DNA of 64,000 nucleotides from Candidatus Levyibacteriota bacterium (GTDB lineage Bacteria > Patescibacteriota > Microgenomatia > Levybacterales > UBA12049): positions 69,510-133,509 of the forward strand of contig JBDRBE010000004.1 in NCBI GenBank assembly GCA_043823085.1, written 5' to 3'. The notes beneath the pieces are model-generated. The model was not told the origin of the DNA. It searched no databases and worked only from the letters and a program-made list of their open reading frames with translations. Both the position numbers and the translations under genes were made by a program. The stretch's first letter is position 1. Each line of letters opens with the position of its first letter. Shown here one piece after another: positions 37,189-46,011 of the stretch.

Positions 37189-38057
37189 CAAACCGACAAA
37201 AGGCATTCCTAGCAATTTTTTTAGTTTCTCTTCTGGGCGGAGCAGTAACTACAGTCACGAAAATTGGTTTTTTAGAAATTCCACCCTTAACATTTACCTT
37301 TTTGAGATTTCTGTTGGCATCTTTAATAATTTTGCCATTAGTTCTTAAGTCAAAAAAAGATTTTAAGAATAATTTCATTTCTCTTTTTCCATTTTCGTTA
37401 TTTGCAACAGCAAATATAATTTTATTTATTCTTGGTGTTCGGACAACCACGGCAACAATCAGTCAATTGCTTTATGCTGGAGTGCCTCTTCTTACGGGGT
37501 TAATCACTTACATTTTATTGTCAGAGAAATTAAGAATAAGAAAAATTATCGGCATTATTATTGGATTTTTGGGAGTAGTTATTGTTATTTTTCTTCCTGT
37601 GCTTGAAATGGGTATACCTTTTTCAGGAGATTTATTGGGGAACATTCTGATTTCATGCGGTGTCATTTCTTACTCTTTTTATCTGGTTTTTTCCCAAAAA
37701 GCTTCAAGCAAATATTCTCCAGTTAGTATTACCAGCACGTTTATTTTTTTAACAACGGTTATTTTACTGCCTTTTTTTCTTATCGATTTAAAAATAAATT
37801 ATGGTTGGTGGAATAATGTCGGATTTAGCGGATTGACATCACTATTTTATATTGCTTTTATGGGCACAATTGGGACTTATATTATACAACAATACGCTAT
37901 TAAACATGGTGGTTCTGTTTTTGCCTCGATGACATATTATCTAGTCCCCGTTTTTGCTTTTTTGTCTGCCAGTCTACTTTTAAAAGAAGGTTTGACAATC
38001 GGCCTTGTTATTGGGGGTGCATTAGCGCTTCTTGGAGTATTTCTTACGACAAAATGA
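37185..38057 (+). CDS. EamA/DMT-superfamily transporter (10 TM)
   Basis: 290 aa, two repeated 5-TM halves, hydrophobic throughout. Confidence 0.65.
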   Translation: MTNRQKAFLAIFLVSLLGGAVTTVTKIGFLEIPPLTFTFLRFLLASLIILPLVLKSKKDFKNNFISLFPFSLFATANIILFILGVRTTTATISQLLYAGVPLLTGLITYILLSEKLRIRKIIGIIIGFLGVVIVIFLPVLEMGIPFSGDLLGNILISCGVISYSFYLVFSQKASSKYSPVSITSTFIFLTTVILLPFFLIDLKINYGWWNNVGFSGLTSLFYIAFMGTIGTYIIQQYAIKHGGSVFASMTYYLVPVFAFLSASLLLKEGLTIGLVIGGALALLGVFLTTK

Positions 38058-38099
38058 GAGTAGTTTGCTAGTTTGGAAATTACATAGTAAAATTTAAGA

Positions 38100-38636
38100 A
38101 TGAGAATCGGGATTGATATCTCGCAATTAGCCTACGAAAATACAGGGGTGGCGAATTACCTTGGGAATTTGGTTCAAACTTTATCAAAAATAGATAAGGA
38201 GAGTGAATATATCCTGTTTTTCTCGTCATTCAGAAGAAATATCAAAGATCAAATATCAAATATCAAAGATGCAAATAAAAAAGTAAAAATTAAAGCTTTT
38301 AGGTTTCCGCCGAGTTTATTGGATTTTTTATGGAATAGACTTCACATTTTGCCGATTGAGTGGTTAATTGGAGAGGTTGATATTTTTATTACTTCTGATT
38401 GGACCGAGCCGCCCGCAATTAAAGCTAAAAAAGCAACAATCCTCTACGATTTAATTGTTTATAAATATCCGAAAGAAACCGATAAAAAAATCGTCGAAAC
38501 ACAAAAAAGAAAATTAAAATGGGTCAAAAAGGAATCGGATATTATTTTTTGTATATCCGAGGCGACAAAAGATGACGCCATGGAAGTTCTCGGAATAGAG
38601 GAGAAGAAATTAAAAGTTATTCATGCCGGCCTATGA
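38100..38636 (+). CDS. Truncated GT4 glycosyltransferase (N-terminal domain only)
   Basis: MRIGIDISQLAYENTGVANYLGNL is paralogous to 40194 and 49606. It ends (..KVIHAGL*) exactly where those paralogs carry the AAAAATC repeat linker. Contains an (AAA[T/G]ATC)5 tract. Confidence 0.55.
   Translation: MRIGIDISQLAYENTGVANYLGNLVQTLSKIDKESEYILFFSSFRRNIKDQISNIKDANKKVKIKAFRFPPSLLDFLWNRLHILPIEWLIGEVDIFITSDWTEPPAIKAKKATILYDLIVYKYPKETDKKIVETQKRKLKWVKKESDIIFCISEATKDDAMEVLGIEEKKLKVIHAGL
38237..38271 (+). repeat. Tandem heptamer (AAATATC/AAAGATC)x5
   Basis: Read directly. Encodes ISNIKDQISNIKD. Confidence 0.85.
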
Positions 38637-40192
38637 AAAAAATTCTAAATAAACAACTGGCAAAAAAAATAATTTTTTTTAGCCTTCTTCTTGTCTTTTT
38701 TTTGTTTATTTCTAAAGCCTACTATCAAAGATTTGCCGCATTTGGTTGTTTTGATGAATGTTTTAATTATACTGCAGGTTATTTTATGCTGAAGGGAAGA
38801 GTTTTGTATGAAAGTATTTATTTTAATCATCAACCCCTTATGGCATATTTAAGTTATTTTATCCAATTAATATCACGTCCAGCATCTGTTTATCATCTTG
38901 TCTTATACCATAAGATGTTTGTGCTTATTTTTGCAATACTTATGGACATTGTTTTAATTATAAGATTTCGATTTATAGGAGCTGGATTTGTACTTTTTTA
39001 TGAGGCAACAAAGTTTTATTTAATGGGTAATTTATTCATTCCCGAATCACTGATTGTATATCCTTTAGCTTACATGATGGGCGTAATTCTTTTTAAGTTC
39101 AGTGCTAGAAAAACTTTTCCGATAGATATTATAATGAGCGGAATTTTTGCATGGTTTGTGGTTTTTATGCGGGAACCTTATATTATCCTTGCAATAATTA
39201 TGTATGGTTTAATTTTGTTTAATCGTAAAATGTCCTATCCAAAATTAATTTCTTTTATTCTTTTTTTACTTTTGACGTTACTCGTATTAGGGTCTCTTAA
39301 TTTGAAAGAATATATATTTCAAGTGGTTGAAAATAATTTTCATGGAGTTTTTCGATCAGAGGTAGAGAACAACCAGATTTTAGGGATGGGGATATATAAA
39401 GTTTTTTTATATCCTTTTCTAATTTTTATAGAGGGACAATGGACTTTTTTAAGAACTATTCTTTTTGGTCTTGATATAATTTTTTTGGGCTCAATTTTAA
39501 TTTTATTTATAAAAACAAAGAAAATTCTAATTCCGATAATTATTTTTCTAATATTAGGTTTTTCTAATTTAAGAGCAACTGTTCCCGGCAAAATGTTTTA
39601 TGAGTCATTTCATATGTTATCATGGTATGGATTATTTTTGATTTCAACTCTTTTTCTTTCATATGAATTATATTACTGGGAAAAAACAAAAAAAATTGGC
39701 TCTGTTTTGATATTTTTTGTTTGCATGCTTTTTTCCTATTCGATATTTTCTCCAAACTCATTTCTTAAAGAAAATTTTAACAGCGAAAAGGAATATTTAC
39801 GTAACTTTGCTCAATATTATGTTTTTGGCGAAGCTGTCAGGCTTTTATCAAAACCAGGAGACACTATATTTATAAATCGAGAAAACGATTTGATATATTG
39901 GCAGACAAAATTAGATTCGGCTTATAAGTATGCAATATTTTATGGCAATGGCATTAAAAAATTTGAAGTTGCACGTAACGAAATGTTTCAAAATAATCCT
40001 CCTGATTTTTATTATTATTATTTATGTTCCGGTAAAAAATCAGGATCTCCTCAAATACCTGATTTTAAAAAGGAAGAGTATGTCGCTTTAAATTATATCG
40101 ACAAAAGTTGTCTCTATGTTAAAAAATCAAAAATATCATCTGTAAGTCAAGATACATGGGATAAATTAAAAGTGCTAAGATTTTATTTATAA
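38633..40192 (+). CDS. Polytopic membrane protein (GT-C-like / polymerase candidate)
   Basis: 519 aa with more than 10 hydrophobic helices and an FDECFNY acidic motif in the first loop. Confidence 0.45.
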   Translation: MKKILNKQLAKKIIFFSLLLVFFLFISKAYYQRFAAFGCFDECFNYTAGYFMLKGRVLYESIYFNHQPLMAYLSYFIQLISRPASVYHLVLYHKMFVLIFAILMDIVLIIRFRFIGAGFVLFYEATKFYLMGNLFIPESLIVYPLAYMMGVILFKFSARKTFPIDIIMSGIFAWFVVFMREPYIILAIIMYGLILFNRKMSYPKLISFILFLLLTLLVLGSLNLKEYIFQVVENNFHGVFRSEVENNQILGMGIYKVFLYPFLIFIEGQWTFLRTILFGLDIIFLGSILILFIKTKKILIPIIIFLILGFSNLRATVPGKMFYESFHMLSWYGLFLISTLFLSYELYYWEKTKKIGSVLIFFVCMLFSYSIFSPNSFLKENFNSEKEYLRNFAQYYVFGEAVRLLSKPGDTIFINRENDLIYWQTKLDSAYKYAIFYGNGIKKFEVARNEMFQNNPPDFYYYYLCSGKKSGSPQIPDFKKEEYVALNYIDKSCLYVKKSKISSVSQDTWDKLKVLRFYL

Positions 40193-40193
40193 T

Positions 40194-41312
40194 ATGTTAA
40201 TAGGCATTGATGGCAATGAGGCAAATGTAGAGAAAAGGGTTGGAATTGGGGAATACGCTTACGAATTGCTGCGGCAATTCAGTAAATATCAAATATCAAA
40301 TATCAAATATCAAATATATTTAAAAACGAAACCCATAGATGATTTGCCAAAAGAGAGAGAGGGGTGGAGATATAGGATTGTTAAGCCTTCAAAATTATGG
40401 ACGCAGATTGGTTTGCCATTTGATCTTTTTTGGCACAGGCCTCGCCCTGATATTTTTTTCTCACCAACTCACTATGCGCCAAGATTTTCGTGTGTCCCAA
40501 CAATAGTTTCGATAATGGATTTATCTTTTATTCATTTTCCCGAGCTTTTTAAAAAATCCGACCTTTACCAGCTTAAAAACTGGACAGCGTATTCGGTAAA
40601 AAAAGCAAGCAAGATATTTGCCATTAGTCAGGCTAGTAAAGATGATATAATTAAGACGTATGGAATACCCAAGGAGAAGATTGTGGTGACGCACCTGGGA
40701 ATCAAAAATCAAAAATCAAAAATCGAAAATATGGATGAGATTAAGAAAAAATACGGAATTGAAGGAAATTATATTCTTTTTGTTGGGACGCTTCAGCCAA
40801 GAAAGAATATAGAAAGGCTTATTGAAGCATTCTCAAAAATCAAAAATCAAGAATCAGGAATTAAGAATTTAGAACTCGTTATTATCGGTAAGAAGGGCTG
40901 GCTTTACGAAGATATTTTAAGTGCTCCAAAAAAATTTGGCATTGAGGACAAAGTGAAATTTCTTGATTTTGTTTCCGATAACGATTTACCATCATTTTAT
41001 CAGAACGCAGTTTGCTTTGTTTTGCCAAGCCTTTATGAAGGGTTTGGTCTTCCGGTTCTTGAGGCGATGCAAAATAACTGTCCTGTTATAATAAGTAATG
41101 TCTCCTCTCTTCCGGAGGCAGGAGGAGATGCTGCTCTTTATGTTAATCCAGAGGACGTCAGCGATATAGCAGAGAAGATGAGACTTTTAATCAATGATGA
41201 AAACTTGAGAAAGGAATTAATCAAAAAAGGAAAAAAGCAAATTGGTAAGTTTAGTTGGGAAAAAACCGCCAGAGAAACACTAAAAGTATTGGAGGAAGTT
41301 GCAAAAAAATAA
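40194..41312 (+). CDS. Glycosyltransferase family 4 (GT-B)
   Basis: MLIGIDGNEANVEKRVGIGEY N-terminus and E(x7)E-type region (YEGFGLPVLEAMQ). Carries (AAATATC)4 and (ATCAAAA)3-4 in-frame. Confidence 0.75.
   Translation: MLIGIDGNEANVEKRVGIGEYAYELLRQFSKYQISNIKYQIYLKTKPIDDLPKEREGWRYRIVKPSKLWTQIGLPFDLFWHRPRPDIFFSPTHYAPRFSCVPTIVSIMDLSFIHFPELFKKSDLYQLKNWTAYSVKKASKIFAISQASKDDIIKTYGIPKEKIVVTHLGIKNQKSKIENMDEIKKKYGIEGNYILFVGTLQPRKNIERLIEAFSKIKNQESGIKNLELVIIGKKGWLYEDILSAPKKFGIEDKVKFLDFVSDNDLPSFYQNAVCFVLPSLYEGFGLPVLEAMQNNCPVIISNVSSLPEAGGDAALYVNPEDVSDIAEKMRLLINDENLRKELIKKGKKQIGKFSWEKTARETLKVLEEVAKK
40284..40311 (+). repeat. Tandem heptamer (AAATATC)x4 perfect, plus a partial copy
   Basis: Read directly. 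Encodes KYQISNIKYQIY. Confidence 0.9.
40701..40728 (+). repeat. Tandem heptamer (ATCAAAA)x3 plus ATCGAAA. A further (AAAAATC)x2 plus AAGAATC lies at 40835-40855.
   Basis: Read directly. Encodes IKNQKSKIEN. Confidence 0.85.
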
Positions 41313-41907
41313 TATGCAAGACAAAACTGGAAAAGAACTATCGTCAAACGAGATTATGAAAAAGTCTTTAGGTAGATTTCAGACGATTTTGCTTGAATTT
41401 AATGTTTTTATTCTCAATATTGTAGGATATGTTCCTTGTCATCCATTTAGACGTTTTTTTTATAGACTCTCGGGTGTAAAAATTGGCAAAGGTTCAGTAA
41501 TTCATACCGGTGCAAGATTTTATAATCCAAGAAATATTAAAATTGGTGAAGATTCAATAGTTGGCGAAGGTGTGGTTTTGGATGGCAGAGATAAATTAGC
41601 TATTGGTAATCATGTTGATATTGCCTCCGAAGTCATGATTTATAATGCCAAACATGATCTTGAAGACGAGAATTTCAAGGCGATTATTGATCCGGTTGCA
41701 ATTGAAGACTACGTTTTTATCGGGCCAAGGGCAATTATTCAATCAGGGGTTAAAGTTGGCAAAGGTTCTGTTATCGCCGCAGGCGCTGTGGTTACAAAAG
41801 ATGTAGAAGAGTTTTCAATCGTCGGAGGAGTTCCTGCAAAATTAATAAAAAAAAGAGAGATAAGCAATTTACATTATAAACTTGGAAGAGCCGCATGGTT
41901 TCGTTAA
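41299..41907 (+). CDS. Hexapeptide-repeat (LbH) acetyltransferase (WbbJ/maltose O-acetyltransferase-like)
   Basis: Repeated [LIV]G..... hexapeptides: GKGSVIHTGARF, IGEDSIVGEGVVLDG, VGKGSVIAAGAVV. Confidence 0.7.
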   Translation: MQKNNMQDKTGKELSSNEIMKKSLGRFQTILLEFNVFILNIVGYVPCHPFRRFFYRLSGVKIGKGSVIHTGARFYNPRNIKIGEDSIVGEGVVLDGRDKLAIGNHVDIASEVMIYNAKHDLEDENFKAIIDPVAIEDYVFIGPRAIIQSGVKVGKGSVIAAGAVVTKDVEEFSIVGGVPAKLIKKREISNLHYKLGRAAWFR

Positions 41908-41908
41908 A

Positions 41909-42790
41909 ATGGTTAAACTTTCCATTATTATTCTTTCGTATAACACTAAGGATTTGATCCTCAAATGTATAGATTCAATAGCTAGTCAATATAAAGAACA
42001 GCTAGATAAAGGAGAGCTTGAAATTATTGTTGTTGACAATGCCTCATCTGATGCTTCGGCATCTCAAATCTCAAATCTCAAATCTCAAATCTCAAATCTA
42101 GAATTAATTGAGAATGAAGAGAATGTTGGATTTTCAAAGGGAAATAATCGTGGGGCAAAAGCGGCATCTGGAAAATATCTTCTTTTTCTAAATTCCGATA
42201 CAGAGGTTTTAGATAAAAACTTATTGGGAATGGTTGGATTTTTGGAAAAAAATGAAAAACTTGGAATCTTAGGTGCAAAGCTTGTTAACCAGAATGGCAA
42301 AGACCAAAAGTCGACCGGAAAATTCTATACTGTGTTTAATACACTCTTAATGCTTTTTGGCGGAGAAAAGCTCGGGTTATTACGCGCAAGTCCCTCAAGT
42401 TTTAAAAATGTTGATTGGGTAAGCGGGGCGGCATTAATGATAAGACGTGATTTGCTCGAAAAATTAAACGGTTTTGATGAGAAAATTTTTATGTATATGG
42501 AAGACATGGAATTATGTTATCGGATAAAAGAGAATGGTTTTCTTGTTGGATTTTACCCCAAAGCAAAAATTTTACATAAAGAAAGAGGAAGTTCAAATAG
42601 AGAGTTTGCAATTGTTAATATTTATCAAAGCCTTTTATATTTTTCTAAAAAACACAGAAATCGCTTTGACTATTTAATGATTAAAAAAATACTTGCATTA
42701 AAAGCGATAATCTCGATTTTTTTTGGTATACTGATTAATAGCAGATATCTAAAAGATACCTATAAAAAAGCCTTAAAATTCTGCATATGA
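41909..42790 (+). CDS. Family 2 glycosyltransferase (GT-A)
   Basis: LSIIILSYNTKDLILKCIDS...VVDNASSDAS and LFLNSDTEV. Carries (ATCTCAA)4. Confidence 0.7.
   Translation: MVKLSIIILSYNTKDLILKCIDSIASQYKEQLDKGELEIIVVDNASSDASASQISNLKSQISNLELIENEENVGFSKGNNRGAKAASGKYLLFLNSDTEVLDKNLLGMVGFLEKNEKLGILGAKLVNQNGKDQKSTGKFYTVFNTLLMLFGGEKLGLLRASPSSFKNVDWVSGAALMIRRDLLEKLNGFDEKIFMYMEDMELCYRIKENGFLVGFYPKAKILHKERGSSNREFAIVNIYQSLLYFSKKHRNRFDYLMIKKILALKAIISIFFGILINSRYLKDTYKKALKFCI
42061..42088 (+). repeat. Tandem heptamer (ATCTCAA)x4 perfect
   Basis: Read directly. Encodes SQISNLKSQISNLE. Confidence 0.9.
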
Positions 42791-45700
42791 AAATAATTAA
42801 ATGGATTTTTAGCAATATTCTTTTTGTTTCTACAATTTTTCTTTTGATATTTATTCCCTTATATCCGAAATTGCCACTTTTAGATGTGAGCAATGTCTGG
42901 GTTTATATAAGAGCGGATGATTTTATTGTTTTACTTGTTTTGTTGCTTTGGCTAATACTGATGTTAACTAAAAAAATCACATTTAAAACGCCTTTAACAC
43001 TGCCTATAATGGCATTTTGGATAATCGGAGTGATATCAACCATTCATGGAGTATTATTAATATTTCCGACTCTAGGCGCTGTTTTTCCAAATGTAGCATT
43101 TTTAAGTTATTTAAGGCGAATTGAATATGTAGGTTTATTTTTTGTTGCATATTCGGGAATAAAAGATAAACGGTTCATTTTGCATGTCGTTGTTGCGTTA
43201 ACTTTGACTCTTGTTTTAGTTTCGTTATATGGAATAGGTCAAAAATATCTTGGATTTCCGGCATTTTTAACAATGAATGAGGAGTTTGCAAAAGGAGTGC
43301 CGATACAACTTTCTCAATTATCCCGTGTTTCTTCGACGTTTGCTGGCCATTATGATTTGGCTGCTTATCTTGTTTTAATTATTCCTTTGCTTTCCAGCAT
43401 GATCTTAGGATTTAAGAATTGGTTTATGAAAATATTTTTATTGGCGGCAATTTTTCTTGGAGTTATAACCCTTTTTATGACTGTATCGCGTGTCTCATTT
43501 TTAGTGCTTCTGATCTCATTAATTTTAATGCTGGCTTTCTACAAAAAGAAATTTGCAATAATTGCAACAATTTCTCTTGCGGTAACAATAGTTGTTCTGT
43601 CATTCACTTTTTCTACAAGTCTTTTTCAACGTTTTGGAAATACAGTTAAAGAGGTAAATGTTTTAATTGACGCTACAACCGGTGAAGCCTTGGGAGAAAT
43701 AAAAGAATTTCCATTGGAAAATTATAAAGATAAAACTTTTAGGATAAAATTTGCACAAACCAGAGATGAAATTATTGGTGGAACTGCTAGTAAGAAAAAC
43801 GATCCGGAGTTGGCAACTAGTTCTGCAATGATAATTCCTTTAGCTCATCTTCCAAGCAATCTTCTTTTTCTTGTACAGCCAAATGAATCGAATGGAGAAA
43901 GTCTACCGCAAGGAACAGGTTATATAAATTTAACTCTTGCACCGATAAAAAGCAAAACTGATCAGTTTTTTCAAGTACCAAACGTTGGACAGAATACAAA
44001 AGAAGATGAAATTTTCGCAATCAGAGGCAATTTTCTTATTAAAAGAGTTTTGGCCTATGATCTTTCATTTACGACCAGATTTCAGGGAGGATGGCCAAAT
44101 GCTTTGACAGTTTTTAAAAAAGATATTTTATTTGGAGGAGGATATTCTTCAACCGGTCTTGCCGTTGATAATAATTATCTCCGTATTTTAGGCGAAGTGG
44201 GATTATTGGGATTCTTGTCTTATTTTGGAATTTTTGCATTAGTTGTGATTTATATTAAAAAAATGTTACCGCAGGTCGATTCCCCTGTTATTAAAAGTTT
44301 TGTTATAGGTTTTGTAGCAGGAATGGTTGGTTTGGCGTTAAATGCAATACTAATAGATGTTTTCGAAGCATCAAAAATTGCATATCTTCTTTGGCTTTTG
44401 GTTGGAATAACGGTTGGAGTTTTGCATTTATATCAAAAAAACGAAGTTGATCTTTATGGTGAGTTGCGAAAAATAATAAGTTCTCCTTATACAATAGTTG
44501 TCTTGATTTTTACTGCCACGGCAGTCTTATTTTCATCGATTACAAACAACTATTTTGTTGCCGATGATTTTACCTGGTTTAGGTGGGTGGCTGACTGTAA
44601 AAAAATAGTTATGGGGAATGGTTTAATAAACTGCGAGCCTATAAAAAACACAATAATTAATTACTTCCTGCAATCTGACGGGTTTTTCTATAGGCCTGGA
44701 ACAAAGCTTTATTTTTTGCTTATGTATTCCGGTTTTTGGCTTAATCAGACAATTTATTACTTTGTTTCAATTTTCTTACATTTTACTGTGACTGTTTTGG
44801 TGTTTTTGATTTCAAGAAGAATATTAAAAAGTTTTTCTCTTTCTATCCTTGCCTCATTTCTATTTGTAATTTTAACCGGTTATTCGGAAGCGATTTTTTG
44901 GATTTCCGGTGTAGGACACTTATTTAATGTGCTTTTTATTCTCTCAAGTTTATTTTTCTTTATGCTTTGGAGCGAAAAGAAAAGAGATATATTTTTGGTA
45001 CTTTCTTTTACTTGCGTTATTTTAAGCCTTATGTTCCATGAGCATGGGTTAGTCGCGCCATTATTAATCGCCTTGTATGGATATATGTTTAAAGATCGAT
45101 TTTCATTTAAAGGTTTTTTCAAAGAAAAACATTATTTATTTTTATTTTTTCCGATATTGCCTTATCTTGTAATTCGTTTTTTTGCCCATAGCCATTGGTT
45201 GAGCGGTGATTATAGCTATAACTTTTTTATGCTTCCTTTTAATTTTATCGGTAACACAATTGGTTATTTGATGCTTAATGCATTTGGCCCTTGGTTTTTA
45301 CCGGTTTATGAAAGCTTAAGGAATTTCTTAAAAGGGCATATAACGGTAGCTTTTGTTATTTCCTTAATTTCAATTTTTATTCTTTTCTTGTTAATTAAAT
45401 CGATCAATCGAAAAATAAACAATGAAGATCGTAAAATTATTGTTTTTGGATCCCTATTTTTTGTGATATCTCTTTTGCCATTTTTAGGACTTGGAAATAT
45501 TACTTCTCGCTATAGTTATCTTTCAAGTGTAGGATTTGTAATTCTTTTAGTGTTTCTACTGAAAAAAACTTATCATTATTTGATTAGTATTCATGGTAAA
45601 AATATTTCCATAGCATCCGTTATTTTAATAACTTCCATATTTATCCTTATGCAAGTGACTCAATTTCAAAAAATTCAAAATGATTGGTTGGGAGCAGGCA

Positions 45701-46011
45701 ACGTATCAAAGAACTTCATAATGTCTTTGGATAATACATACTATGATGAATGGACAAAAGATCATATGCGTTTCTTTTTTGTCAATGTACCTCAGAAAGT
45801 GGGAGATGCATGGGTTTTCCCAGTTGGGTTAAAAGACGCGGTTTGGTTTGTTTTTAGGAATGATAATATCGAAATATACCAATTGTCATCATTGAATGAA
45901 GCGTTTAATTTAGCAACAAATCCTCTGACAGATAGAATCTTTGTCTTTGACCCAAGCGGTGCTGTCACTCGAAAAGAAAAACCGAGAATTGTTGCACCTC
46001 CCATTAAGTGA
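42787..46011 (+). CDS. Giant polytopic membrane protein (1074 aa) with two multi-TM domains (O-antigen-ligase/polymerase-like N-half, GT-C-like C-half candidate)
   Basis: About 20 or more hydrophobic helices in two blocks. An acidic first loop in the second block (YFVADDFTWFRW). Stop overlaps the next start. Confidence 0.5.
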   Translation: MKIIKWIFSNILFVSTIFLLIFIPLYPKLPLLDVSNVWVYIRADDFIVLLVLLLWLILMLTKKITFKTPLTLPIMAFWIIGVISTIHGVLLIFPTLGAVFPNVAFLSYLRRIEYVGLFFVAYSGIKDKRFILHVVVALTLTLVLVSLYGIGQKYLGFPAFLTMNEEFAKGVPIQLSQLSRVSSTFAGHYDLAAYLVLIIPLLSSMILGFKNWFMKIFLLAAIFLGVITLFMTVSRVSFLVLLISLILMLAFYKKKFAIIATISLAVTIVVLSFTFSTSLFQRFGNTVKEVNVLIDATTGEALGEIKEFPLENYKDKTFRIKFAQTRDEIIGGTASKKNDPELATSSAMIIPLAHLPSNLLFLVQPNESNGESLPQGTGYINLTLAPIKSKTDQFFQVPNVGQNTKEDEIFAIRGNFLIKRVLAYDLSFTTRFQGGWPNALTVFKKDILFGGGYSSTGLAVDNNYLRILGEVGLLGFLSYFGIFALVVIYIKKMLPQVDSPVIKSFVIGFVAGMVGLALNAILIDVFEASKIAYLLWLLVGITVGVLHLYQKNEVDLYGELRKIISSPYTIVVLIFTATAVLFSSITNNYFVADDFTWFRWVADCKKIVMGNGLINCEPIKNTIINYFLQSDGFFYRPGTKLYFLLMYSGFWLNQTIYYFVSIFLHFTVTVLVFLISRRILKSFSLSILASFLFVILTGYSEAIFWISGVGHLFNVLFILSSLFFFMLWSEKKRDIFLVLSFTCVILSLMFHEHGLVAPLLIALYGYMFKDRFSFKGFFKEKHYLFLFFPILPYLVIRFFAHSHWLSGDYSYNFFMLPFNFIGNTIGYLMLNAFGPWFLPVYESLRNFLKGHITVAFVISLISIFILFLLIKSINRKINNEDRKIIVFGSLFFVISLLPFLGLGNITSRYSYLSSVGFVILLVFLLKKTYHYLISIHGKNISIASVILITSIFILMQVTQFQKIQNDWLGAGNVSKNFIMSLDNTYYDEWTKDHMRFFFVNVPQKVGDAWVFPVGLKDAVWFVFRNDNIEIYQLSSLNEAFNLATNPLTDRIFVFDPSGAVTRKEKPRIVAPPIK

